A stretch of DNA of 64,000 bases from an uncultured bacterium (lineage in GTDB: Bacteria > Desulfobacterota > Deferrimicrobia > J040). The stretch is taken from the NCBI GenBank assembly GCA_964429585.1, contig CAYSCN010000001.1:49809-113808 (forward strand), written 5' to 3'. A program made the translations under genes and the position numbers. A model generated the notes under the pieces. That model made no database searches, was not told where the DNA came from, and saw nothing but the letters and a program-made list of their open reading frames with translations. Positions within the stretch are counted from its first letter, which is position 1; every line of letters begins with the position of its first letter. Positions 7,766 to 16,532 of this stretch are shown in pieces.

Positions 7766-9489
7766 AAAGACTGGGAATCTTCATATGCCACTGCGGCGGA
7801 AACATATCCGATTACATCGACGTGGAGAAAGTGAGGGAGGCGGTCTCCAGGCTGCCCGGTGTGGAAGTTGCGAAAACGACGATGTTTGCCTGTTCCGAGG
7901 CGGCGCAGGAAGAAATGGTGGCGGCGGTGAAGGAAGCAAAGCTGGAGGGGATGGTCGTGGCATCCTGCTCTCCCAGGCTTCACCTTCACACTTTCAGGAA
8001 GGTGGCGGAAATGGCGGGGCTCAACCCTTACGCCTACGTTCACGTGAACGTGAGGGAACAGTGCTCGTGGGCTCACAGGAAGGACCCTGATGGAGCCACC
8101 AGAAAGGCTGTGAAGCTGATCGAGGCGGGGGCTGCGAAGGCAGCGCTCTCCGAACCGCTTGTGAGGTTCAGGGTTGAGACGAGACCTGCGGTCCTTGTGG
8201 TGGGGGCGGGGATAGCTGGATTGAGAGCGGCTCTCTCCCTGTCGGATATGGGTTTGTCCGTGTTCGTTGTGGAGAAGGAACACAAGCTCGGTGGGTGGGT
8301 TGGCTCCTTGAGGAAGATGTACCCGGGAAACAGGGACGGGGAGAAGCTTGTGGAGGATCTCCTGGAGAAGCTCTTTGAAAGGGACAATGTGACGATTTTC
8401 ACCGGGGCGGAGCTCCTGGAAAAGTCGGGGACCGTGGGTGATTTCACGGTGAAGGTCAGGGTGAGGGCGGGGGAGACGTTGTCTCTTAATGTGGGCGCCA
8501 TAGTGGTGGCTACGGGGTTCTCTCCTTACGTCCCGGTCGATGGCGAGTTCGGTTTCGGGAGCGACCGCGTGATGACGCTTCCGGATTTCTATAGATTACT
8601 TAGCGAATCGGATGGAGCTATTTTCGTGGATGGGAAGAGGGTGCGCGTAATCGCCTACATATATTGCGTTGGGAGCAGGGGAACCAGGGGATCTGAAAAC
8701 TCGTGTGCCAGGGAATACTGTTCCAGGTATTGCTGTGCTGCGGCGGTCCACGCCTCGATAACGGCGGGTGAAATGGACGGCGAGCTGGCTCAATACCACT
8801 TTTTCAGGGATGTGAGGACTTACGGGAAGCTCGAGGAGATGTACGAGAGGTCCGGAAGGATGGGCTCTGTCTTCGTGAGGTTCGATGGAGATGAACCGCC
8901 GATTGTGGAGGATTTCGGAGATGGGATCCTCGTTAGAGCGAGGGATACTCTGGCAGGGGGAGAAGAAGTGGAACTCGTGGCTGATCTGGTGGTTCTCGTC
9001 ACCGGGATGGTTCCCAGGGAAAACCAGCAACTTGCCTCTGTTCTCAAATTGCCCGTTGGAACCGACGGTTTCTACGGCGAGATACACCCCAAATTGAGGC
9101 CGGTTGAGACGGTACTGGACGGGATTTACATAGTCGGCGCGTCCCAGGGACCGAAGACGGCGCCGGAGGCGGTGGCTTCTGCCCTAGCTGGAGTTGCCAG
9201 GTGCGCAGCCACCTTGCTGAAGGGGTACGTGGAGCTGGAACCGTTCGTGGCAGAAGTGAATGAGGAAAATTGCGAGTGGTGCGGCGAGTGCGAGAAAGTT
9301 TGCCCGTACGGGGCGATCCAGAAGGTGTCCATAGATGGGAGGGAGGTGGCAAAAGTGATCGAAACCCTCTGCAAGGGCGGCGGAGCTTGCGCCCCCGTTT
9401 GTCCAAAAAGCGCGATAGATCTTAAAGGTTACAGGGACGCGCAGATAAGAGCGATGATAGAAGCCATGTGCGGGGAGGTAGGATCGTGA
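7762..9489 (+). CDS. hdrA: HdrA/QmoB-like flavoprotein (no fused MvhD)
   Basis: GIFICHCGGNI, ASCSP, NVREQCSWAH, VGAGIAG, CVGSR...CSRYCC, two C-terminal 4Fe-4S motifs. Confidence 0.88.
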   Translation: MKRLGIFICHCGGNISDYIDVEKVREAVSRLPGVEVAKTTMFACSEAAQEEMVAAVKEAKLEGMVVASCSPRLHLHTFRKVAEMAGLNPYAYVHVNVREQCSWAHRKDPDGATRKAVKLIEAGAAKAALSEPLVRFRVETRPAVLVVGAGIAGLRAALSLSDMGLSVFVVEKEHKLGGWVGSLRKMYPGNRDGEKLVEDLLEKLFERDNVTIFTGAELLEKSGTVGDFTVKVRVRAGETLSLNVGAIVVATGFSPYVPVDGEFGFGSDRVMTLPDFYRLLSESDGAIFVDGKRVRVIAYIYCVGSRGTRGSENSCAREYCSRYCCAAAVHASITAGEMDGELAQYHFFRDVRTYGKLEEMYERSGRMGSVFVRFDGDEPPIVEDFGDGILVRARDTLAGGEEVELVADLVVLVTGMVPRENQQLASVLKLPVGTDGFYGEIHPKLRPVETVLDGIYIVGASQGPKTAPEAVASALAGVARCAATLLKGYVELEPFVAEVNEENCEWCGECEKVCPYGAIQKVSIDGREVAKVIETLCKGGGACAPVCPKSAIDLKGYRDAQIRAMIEAMCGEVGS

Positions 9490-9731
9490 TGGCGGCCGGT
9501 TCGAAGCGGGTCGAGGAGTCCATGAGGGAAGAGATGCTGATGAGGAGGAAAATAGCCACGCTCCTCGCGGAGGGCCCTCTAACAATTCCGCAGATTGCGG
9601 AAAGGCTCGGCGCTCCCGTGAGGGAAGTGACGCTGTGGGTGATGGGGATGTGGCGATACGGCCTTGTAGAAGAAACCGGAAAGAGCGATGACGAGGGGTA
9701 CTTCAGCTACAGGCTGAAGGATGGAGGGTGA
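9486..9731 (+). CDS. Small winged-helix protein inside the hdr/qmo operon
   Basis: GPLTIPQIAERLGAPVREVTLWVMGMWRYGLV wHTH pattern; start overlaps the hdrA stop. Confidence 0.7.
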   Translation: MMAAGSKRVEESMREEMLMRRKIATLLAEGPLTIPQIAERLGAPVREVTLWVMGMWRYGLVEETGKSDDEGYFSYRLKDGG

Positions 9732-9732
9732 G

Positions 9733-10857
9733 ATGACTCGAAGACTCGATCCGGGGTTGCGAAGAGAACTGGTGAATTATGGTGCGGGGGATCTCACGGC
9801 GTGCTTCAGCTGCGGCACATGCACCGCGATTTGTCCTCTTTCCGCTGAAGGGCCGTCGTTCCCGAGGAGGATCATTCACCTCATGCAGCTGGGACACAGG
9901 GAGGCTCTTCTCTCCTCACCAGAGCCCTGGCTCTGTTACTACTGCGGGGAGTGTTCCAGGTCCTGCCCCAGAGAAGCCAACCCGGGCGAGACGATGATGT
10001 CCGCCAGGAGATGGCTGATAGCTTCTTATGACAGGACCGGGATATCCGGGAAGATATATTCTTCCAGGCTCTGGGAGTGGGGACTTGTGCTTTTATCTTC
10101 TGCAATTGTAATTATCCTTTTCGCTCTCTTTCACGGCCCCATCGTTCTGGACAGGGTCGAACTGAACACGTTCGCTCCCGTCGAATGGATCTCCCTCGCC
10201 GACCACCTGGGAGCTGCATTTGCCGTGACTGTTCTTCTCGTCAACGCTCTCACGATGGCACGTTACATAATGGATGGCGAGAGAGTTCCATTAAGTGCCT
10301 ACGTAAAAGGTGTTCCCACTTTTTTCTCTCACTTCTTCACTCAGAAGAGGTGGAAAGAGTGCGGAGAGGACAGATCGAAGTGGTTCAGACACTTCATTCT
10401 CGTTAGCGGATACGTGACCATGATGATCATTATAATTTTCTTCCTCGATTGGTTCCAGACGGACAGGGTGTATCCGCTCCTTCACCCTCAGAGGCTGCTC
10501 GGTTACTACGTCACTTTCGCTCTGATTTACGGGACGGTTGGTTTCGCCTGGGGCAGGATCAGGAGGGATGACGAAATGCACCGCTTCACGCATCCAACAG
10601 ACTGGACCTTCCTGATCCTCCTGTTTCTGATAGCTCTGACCGGCATTCTCGTTCACGTTTTCAGGTTAACGGGCATGCCGCGACTCACGTACTACACGTA
10701 CGTAGTCCACATGGCGGTAGACGCTCCGTGGCTTCTCGTGATCATCCCATTCGGGAAGTGGACACATCTGCTTTACAGACCCTTTGCTCTTTATCTCCTC
10801 GACGTGAAGGAGAGGGCACGAAACGCGGAAGGAGTTCGTGAAGGGGCGGCGGCGTGA
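9733..10857 (+). CDS. qmoC: QmoC-like protein (HdrC 2x[4Fe-4S] fused to heme b membrane domain)
   Basis: CFSCGTCTAICP and CYYCGECSRSCP followed by several TM helices with His residues (RHF, VHM, WTHL). Confidence 0.82.
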   Translation: MTRRLDPGLRRELVNYGAGDLTACFSCGTCTAICPLSAEGPSFPRRIIHLMQLGHREALLSSPEPWLCYYCGECSRSCPREANPGETMMSARRWLIASYDRTGISGKIYSSRLWEWGLVLLSSAIVIILFALFHGPIVLDRVELNTFAPVEWISLADHLGAAFAVTVLLVNALTMARYIMDGERVPLSAYVKGVPTFFSHFFTQKRWKECGEDRSKWFRHFILVSGYVTMMIIIIFFLDWFQTDRVYPLLHPQRLLGYYVTFALIYGTVGFAWGRIRRDDEMHRFTHPTDWTFLILLFLIALTGILVHVFRLTGMPRLTYYTYVVHMAVDAPWLLVIIPFGKWTHLLYRPFALYLLDVKERARNAEGVREGAAA

Positions 10858-10915
10858 AGGGAGTTTTGATCCCGATTCTATAGGGATGCGGGAAATACAT
10901 GAAGGAGGGAAAACG

Positions 10916-11290
10916 ATGTCGAACGAAAACGGCGAAAAACTCGTTGTGATCGGGACTCACGGGGTGGAGGATCCCGAGAGAGCCATCCTGCCTTTCGTGG
11001 CGGCCAATACGGCTCTGACGATGGACGTGAAAGCGGTCGTGATACTTCAGGGAGATGGCGTTACGATCGCGAGGAAGGGCGCTGCGGAGCAGGTTTCCGT
11101 TCCCGGCTTCCCGCCTCTGGGTGAGTTGCTGAAAAACGTCACGGAGATGGGAGGGGAGATTTTGCTCTGCACCCCGTGCGTCGAGACGAGAGGTATTCCA
11201 AAGGAAGAGCTCGTGGATGGGGCGGTCCTCATCAAGGCGGGCAGGGTGATGGCGGAAGTCCTCGAGGCGAAAAACGTGCTCACGTATTGA
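10916..11290 (+). CDS. DsrE/DsrF-family sulfur-relay protein
   Basis: THGVEDPERA, LQGDGV, LLCTPC; start moved to ATG 10916 (GGAGG SD). Confidence 0.82.
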   Translation: MSNENGEKLVVIGTHGVEDPERAILPFVAANTALTMDVKAVVILQGDGVTIARKGAAEQVSVPGFPPLGELLKNVTEMGGEILLCTPCVETRGIPKEELVDGAVLIKAGRVMAEVLEAKNVLTY

Positions 11291-11398
11291 TTTCACGAAG
11301 AGGGCACACAGGAGGCGATCAGATCATGCGGGCGCGGTGCGCTTCCCTTTCGGACCGCTGACGTGGTGTGTTTCTTCACCAGCCGAAGAGGAGGAAGG

Positions 11399-11420
11399 GG
11401 AGAGGGGAGCGCCCCTCTCC
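11399..11420. terminator. Hairpin between convergent genes
   Basis: GGAGAGGGG-agcg-CCCCTCTCC, perfect 9-bp stem. Confidence 0.55.
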
Positions 11421-11431
11421 GATGTGATCGC

Positions 11432-12202
11432 TCACTTGACCACTACGGTTGTTTTGTCTACGCCGGTGTTTCCGGTGACTTCATCGTAAGCGTAAACGGT
11501 TATCTCGTAGACCCCCTTTTTCGAGGTTTTGAGGGTTCCCTGGAAGATGCTCGTCTTGCCGGAAAAGGAGAGGGGGATTTCCTCAATCTTTTCCCCATTT
11601 CTCTTCACAATGGCTTTCACTTCATATTTGTTCGCGTCCCATATGAAATTTTCCTTGATGGGACACCCGCACATCATTGTAACGTTGGCTCTGATCGGAA
11701 TCTCGAGGGAATCGCCCTTGAGCTTCACTATTTTGTGAGCTCTGGGCTTAAGGACGTCGACGACGAAGCCGGGGATTTCGATAATTACTCCGTCCCCTTC
11801 GATGTTCTTTCCCGGAATCAACCATATTTGGGTCGATGCCTTGATCGCAGATTGAGCCTGAGCGTACGGAGCCAGGACTTCGATCGTGACGAGAGTCGGT
11901 TCGTTGATGTCGATTGTGGTTTCGAATTTCGCGGCTTTGTCGTCGGAGAGCCTCTTTCCCCTGATGTGGGGGGCTTTCATCAGGATTTTGGTGTTTCCCG
12001 TCGTGCCGAAAGTGAATCCTTTCGCGAGGATTTCGCCGGTTTGCGCGTCTCTCACCACCACGAGTGCTCCTCCCATAGAAGTTCCGATGAATTTGGCGTC
12101 TTTGGCCCGGGCTCTGACCACGAGCCTGGTTTCCACTGCGCTGGACGTGCCTGCAAAAAGTAAAAGTAAACCCGTCAAAAAAACAACAAGTCCTTTTTTC
12201 AT
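11432..12202 (-). CDS. Secreted beta-rich hypothetical protein with MMCGCP motif (putative metal binding)
   Basis: Signal peptide MKKGLVVFLTGLLLLFAGTSSA; NVTMMCGCP; own sigma54 promoter. Confidence 0.7.
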   Translation of the reverse strand: MKKGLVVFLTGLLLLFAGTSSAVETRLVVRARAKDAKFIGTSMGGALVVVRDAQTGEILAKGFTFGTTGNTKILMKAPHIRGKRLSDDKAAKFETTIDINEPTLVTIEVLAPYAQAQSAIKASTQIWLIPGKNIEGDGVIIEIPGFVVDVLKPRAHKIVKLKGDSLEIPIRANVTMMCGCPIKENFIWDANKYEVKAIVKRNGEKIEEIPLSFSGKTSIFQGTLKTSKKGVYEITVYAYDEVTGNTGVDKTTVVVK

Positions 12203-12270
12203 TTCTCGACCTCCCTGTGTGACTGGTGTTGTCGACTCGACGACCGTATGGCTTGATGTGATGTATAAAA

Positions 12271-12286
12271 AGCAACCTTCGTTCCA
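12271..12286 (-). promoter_or_regulatory. sigma54 -24/-12 promoter
   Basis: Minus strand TGGAAC-GAAGG-TTGCT, about 70 nt upstream of the 12202 ATG. Confidence 0.7.
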
Positions 12287-12498
12287 GGCGGACCGAATAT
12301 ACGGGGATATTTTTCATTCGTAAATACAGGGCATTACGTGGAAGTAAAACTTATTGTATTTCCAGCGATTCCAAGTGTTGCTGAAAGATGCAGCGGATGA
12401 AACGTTTTGAGGTAAACTGTTGCCGTTTAGCATTGCAGGCCTTTATTGGGGCGATTTCTGGAGAAAAAACTGTTTTTCTACGACCTGTAAATTTTGGG

Positions 12499-12527
12499 TT
12501 GACTGTCCCTCGATGTTGTTTTACACT
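12499..12527 (+). promoter_or_regulatory. sigma70-type promoter of the 79-aa gene
   Basis: TTGACT-17 nt-TACACT. Confidence 0.55.
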
Positions 12528-12555
12528 ATGTAAAAAACACCCAGGAGGTTGAGCC

Positions 12556-12795
12556 ATGAAGAAACTGGCAGCTCTCGCGCTTGGCATTTTCATCGCTGCT
12601 GCGGTATCGATCGCCATGGTTCCGCATCTCGTAACCGCAGGGGAAGTCAAGGCGAAGGAGGTCGTGGTTAAGGGCGAGAAATACGTTGTCCCTCCCTGCT
12701 GTGACAGGGTTACTCTGGACTGCTCCAAAAAGAGCAACGTGGAAAAGAAGAGCGATTTCGACGATGAGTCGTGGCTCGACAAAGGCGGCGCCTGA
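12556..12795 (+). CDS. Small exported protein with PPCC...C motif
   Basis: 79 aa, signal peptide, GGAGG SD, own promoter and terminator. Confidence 0.7.
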   Translation: MKKLAALALGIFIAAAVSIAMVPHLVTAGEVKAKEVVVKGEKYVVPPCCDRVTLDCSKKSNVEKKSDFDDESWLDKGGA

Positions 12796-12832
12796 TTTCG
12801 CTTGATTCCAGCTTCCCCTCACCCCCCCCAGG

Positions 12833-12861
12833 AGAGGCCCCTTCAAAGGGGCCTCTTTTTT
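12833..12861 (+). terminator. Rho-independent terminator
   Basis: AGAGGCCCCT-tcaa-AGGGGCCTCT followed by a T-run. Confidence 0.8.
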
Positions 12862-12921
12862 CTTTCGTGCGATGCCCCTTAAATATTATTAAAATGGTTT
12901 CAAGGGGATATCGGATATTTC

Positions 12922-14568
12922 ATGAAGAGGGGTAGGAGAAATCTATACATACCGGCAGTGAGCATCATAATGGTGATGCTCACTCTTCTGGTCATACTCG
13001 TGGTTTCGACTCAGAAGAGCCTGACGAGACAGAGAAACATTCTCATGTCGTCTCTTGTGGAAAAGGGAAGGCTTCTGATGGAGTCGATCGGCGTTTTGCT
13101 GGACGATGCGGTTGCGTCGGGGGAGTCTCCGCGGGACAAGGTGTTTCCCCTTATAACTCATCTGTCTGAAAAACTAGAAATACGGCACATCTTCGTCGCA
13201 GATTCGAGAGGAGACGTGGTGATACACACGCACGGCGGGGCAATCCGTGAAAGCTGGATACACAGGAATATGTTCGAGAGGGTGTTGAAGGAGGGAGACG
13301 TCACGATAGTCGACGAGGGGGAAAAACTGCTCAACATGGGAAAGAGGTTTGGAGATTTCGTCGTTGTGCTTGGTATCGATCTTTCCGGGTTCTACGAGGC
13401 CAGAAAAGGTGATATTCGACATGCCCTGCTTATGGGTTTCATCCTACTCGCTCTCGGTTCCGCCTCAATTTACTTCATATTCCTGGCTCAAAACTACTAC
13501 CTGGTGGAGAGAAGCCTGAGGATTGTCAGCTCATTTGCCGATAACGTGGTAGAGTCGATGCCCGACGGGCTGGTTTCAGCCGATTCCAGCGGGAAGGTTG
13601 TGCTGGTCAACAGGGAGGCTCAAAGGATTTTCGGATTGCCGCAAAGTGCCTGGTGGAGGAAGCGAGTGGAGCAGCTTCTACCCCTTCCGGTTGATGCCCG
13701 TGCCAGGCTGGAAGGTGACGGGGTGAAAGTTCCCGTCAAGTACGAAGCCGTGGTGGTGAACGCTGGAACAGGCGAGAGGATACCCGTTCTGATAAGCGGA
13801 AACAGGATGCTCGACGAGGAGGGGAAAAATCTTGGGACGGTTTTCGTCATAAGGGATTTGAGGGAAATAAGGGCATTGCAGGAGAAACTCGTTCGCTCGG
13901 AGAAGCTCGCCCTTGCGGGCAGCCTCGCCGCCGGTCTGGCTCACGAGATAAGGAATCCGTTGAGTTCCATCAGGGGGTTTGCTCACCTGTTCAAGAAGCG
14001 TTTTCCGGAAGGAACTGATGAGGCCAGATATCTGGAAATCATGATCTCCGAGATAGACAGGGTGGACGGGATAATATCCGACCTTTTGAACCTGACCGGG
14101 CAGAAAGGCCCCCGCCTGGAAGAAGGAGATATAGGAAGAGCCCTCGAGAAGGCGCGCTCGGTCGTCGAGGCGAAAGCCAAGGAGAAGGGAGTGTCCATCA
14201 GAGTGGAATGCTCCATCGAGAGGCCGATTCGCTTTGATTCTGAGCAGCTCCACCAGATACTTCTGAATCTTCTTCTCAACTCTCTCGACGCGACGGATGA
14301 AGGGGGCGAAATAACGATGCGGGCGTGGGAAGAGGGGGGTGTTTCGTATCTGCAGGTTTCGGATACGGGACGTGGAATCAGGAAGGAAATAATAAACAGA
14401 ATATTCGATCCGTTTTTCACGGACAGAGCCACGGGCACCGGCCTTGGACTCGCTCTCGTGCAGTCTTTCGTCGATGCCCACGGTTGGGAGATATCCGTGG
14501 AGAGCAGGGAGGGGGAAGGCTCTTCCTTCACGATAAGGATACCGCCCGATAAAGGAGGAACAGGGTGA
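12922..14568 (+). CDS. Membrane sensor histidine kinase with PAS domain (ZraS/HydH-like)
   Basis: Two TMs, PAS (ESMPDGLV), H-box AHEIRNPL, N-box NLLLNS, G boxes DTGRG and GTGLGL. Confidence 0.9.
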   Translation: MKRGRRNLYIPAVSIIMVMLTLLVILVVSTQKSLTRQRNILMSSLVEKGRLLMESIGVLLDDAVASGESPRDKVFPLITHLSEKLEIRHIFVADSRGDVVIHTHGGAIRESWIHRNMFERVLKEGDVTIVDEGEKLLNMGKRFGDFVVVLGIDLSGFYEARKGDIRHALLMGFILLALGSASIYFIFLAQNYYLVERSLRIVSSFADNVVESMPDGLVSADSSGKVVLVNREAQRIFGLPQSAWWRKRVEQLLPLPVDARARLEGDGVKVPVKYEAVVVNAGTGERIPVLISGNRMLDEEGKNLGTVFVIRDLREIRALQEKLVRSEKLALAGSLAAGLAHEIRNPLSSIRGFAHLFKKRFPEGTDEARYLEIMISEIDRVDGIISDLLNLTGQKGPRLEEGDIGRALEKARSVVEAKAKEKGVSIRVECSIERPIRFDSEQLHQILLNLLLNSLDATDEGGEITMRAWEEGGVSYLQVSDTGRGIRKEIINRIFDPFFTDRATGTGLGLALVQSFVDAHGWEISVESREGEGSSFTIRIPPDKGGTG

Positions 14569-15944
14569 TGGGTGACAGTAAGGGTGGTTTCAAAGTTCTC
14601 GTCGTGGACGATGAGCCGGGACACAGGCTGATGCTCAGGGCGAATCTGGAAACGGAGGGGTTTCAGGTGAGCGAGGCAGAAGACGGACTCAAGGCGCTCG
14701 CTCTTCTCGAGAAAGAACCTTTCGACTGCGTTTTGATGGACGTGCGCATGCCCAGGCTGGGGGGGCTGGAAGCGCTCAGGGAACTCAGGGAGAGGTTTCC
14801 CGACCTTCCTGTGATAATGATGACTGCATATGCTTCGGTGAGGTCTGCAGTCGAGTGCCTCAAGGCGGGCGCGGAAGATTATCTGATGAAGCCGCTTAAC
14901 GTGGAGGAACTGTTGCTTAAGGTGAAAAAGGTGATGGAGGTGAGAAAGCTTCTCAGGGAAAATGAGGAGTTCAGGCAGCGTCTCGACGAGAAATTCGGAT
15001 TCGAGCGGATAGTGGGAAACAGCGAAGCGATGAGGGAGGTTTTCGAGATAGTTTCGATGGTGGCTCCCACCGACGCGACGGTTTTGGTAACCGGTGAGAG
15101 CGGAACGGGGAAAGAACTCGTGGCGAACGCGATTCACCAGAGGAGTCCCAGGAGACGAAGGCCCTTCGTCAAGATAAACTGCGCGGCGCTTCCCGACAAC
15201 CTGCTGGAATCCGAGCTTTTCGGGCACGAGAAGGGAGCGTTTACCGGGGCGGTTTCCAGGAGAGAAGGAAAGTTCGCTTACGCGGACGGCGGTACCATAT
15301 TCCTCGACGAAATCACGGAGATGAGCCCTGGCACGCAGGCGAAAATTCTCCGGGTTCTCCAGGAGAAGGAGTTCGAGCCTCTTGGGACCAACACCACCGT
15401 GAAGGTTGACGTCAGGGTCATTGCGGCCACCAACAGGAATCTGGAAGAAGAGGTCGAAAATGGTAGATTCAGGGAAGATCTGTATTATCGCCTGAATGTC
15501 GTCCAAATAAGGGTGCCCCCGTTGAGGGAGAGGAAAGATGACATCCCTCTTCTCGCCGATTATTTCCTCAGGAGGAACTGCGAGAAGCTGGGGAAGAAGA
15601 TATTGGGTTTCAGCCGGGAGGCACTCGACGCCCTGATCGAATACAGATGGCCCGGCAACGTGAGGGAACTGGAAAATGCGGTGGAGAGAGCCGCAATCCT
15701 TTGCAAGGGAGACGAAATAACCCTCTCTCTTTTGCCGGACCCGGTTAGAATGAGGAGGGAGGGAGAGTCGGAGGGCCACGCGCCGGCGATAAGAGTTGGA
15801 ATTTCTCTTAGGGAGGCCGAGCGCAGGTTGATCATATGGACGCTCGAGAATACGGGTGGTAACAGAACTAAAGCCGCGGAGATGCTCGGCATTTCCAGGA
15901 AAACTCTCCAGAACAAAATCAAGGAATACGGCATAGACCTCTAA
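14565..15944 (+). CDS. sigma54-dependent response regulator (ZraR/NtrC family)
   Basis: REC (VDDE, MDVRMP), GESGTGKE, GAFTGA, WPGNVREL, Fis-type HTH. Confidence 0.95.
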   Translation: MMGDSKGGFKVLVVDDEPGHRLMLRANLETEGFQVSEAEDGLKALALLEKEPFDCVLMDVRMPRLGGLEALRELRERFPDLPVIMMTAYASVRSAVECLKAGAEDYLMKPLNVEELLLKVKKVMEVRKLLRENEEFRQRLDEKFGFERIVGNSEAMREVFEIVSMVAPTDATVLVTGESGTGKELVANAIHQRSPRRRRPFVKINCAALPDNLLESELFGHEKGAFTGAVSRREGKFAYADGGTIFLDEITEMSPGTQAKILRVLQEKEFEPLGTNTTVKVDVRVIAATNRNLEEEVENGRFREDLYYRLNVVQIRVPPLRERKDDIPLLADYFLRRNCEKLGKKILGFSREALDALIEYRWPGNVRELENAVERAAILCKGDEITLSLLPDPVRMRREGESEGHAPAIRVGISLREAERRLIIWTLENTGGNRTKAAEMLGISRKTLQNKIKEYGIDL

Positions 15945-16001
15945 TCTCATCCAGTACCCCATTTTTGGGCACTTCCCTTGCACTTGTTAGTAGTCAGAGA
16001 A

Positions 16002-16220
16002 ATGACAGGTCAGGGGAGTCAGACCGTGAAAAGCGTTCCAGGAAAATATTATGGTAAAAGATTCGTGTGGAGCTCCCTCTGCCTGATTTTGTGCGTTGCT
16101 CTCGTTGTGTCGGTGGTGGCGCTCTACTTTGCCGGTTTGATTGGAGATTACGTTCTGCTTTTGTTGCTTCTTCTGTTTCCGGCCCTGCATTTCATTATTC
16201 TCGCGAGGAGAAAGCGGTGA
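16002..16220 (+). CDS. Small membrane protein (hypothetical)
   Basis: Two hydrophobic helices and a basic C-terminus; start uncertain. Confidence 0.4.
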   Translation: MTGQGSQTVKSVPGKYYGKRFVWSSLCLILCVALVVSVVALYFAGLIGDYVLLLLLLLFPALHFIILARRKR

Positions 16221-16415
16221 GTTCGAGAGTGTTCCATGCTCGGGTGACGGGCTTCAACATGGTGGGAAGAAAGTTCGCAATCAGAAAGTGCCCTGCGAAA
16301 ATAATTCTCTCACGTGCATTTCGCGGATTGGGTCTGTTCAGTGAACAAGCGTCGAAAATGCTGAAAAAACCGCAGGGTTCACGAATCCGAAATTCATATC
16401 ATATTGGATAGCGCG

Positions 16416-16431
16416 TGGCACGAGGTATGCA
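16416..16431 (+). promoter_or_regulatory. sigma54 promoter of copA
   Basis: TGGCAC-GAGGT-ATGCA. Confidence 0.65.
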
Positions 16432-16532
16432 CAATATTAAAGATAAAGCGTCATGTGGCCGATTATAGTGAAAAAAATCAGAGAAGTTCAATTTCCCCCG
16501 CGACTTGTGGGGGAGAAAGGGGAGAAGGAAAA

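Noticed and set aside
13983-15983. 666-aa minus-strand ORF
   Set aside because: Antisense shadow of the well-supported kinase/NtrC pair; no motifs. Such shadows are common opposite conserved sigma54-activator genes.
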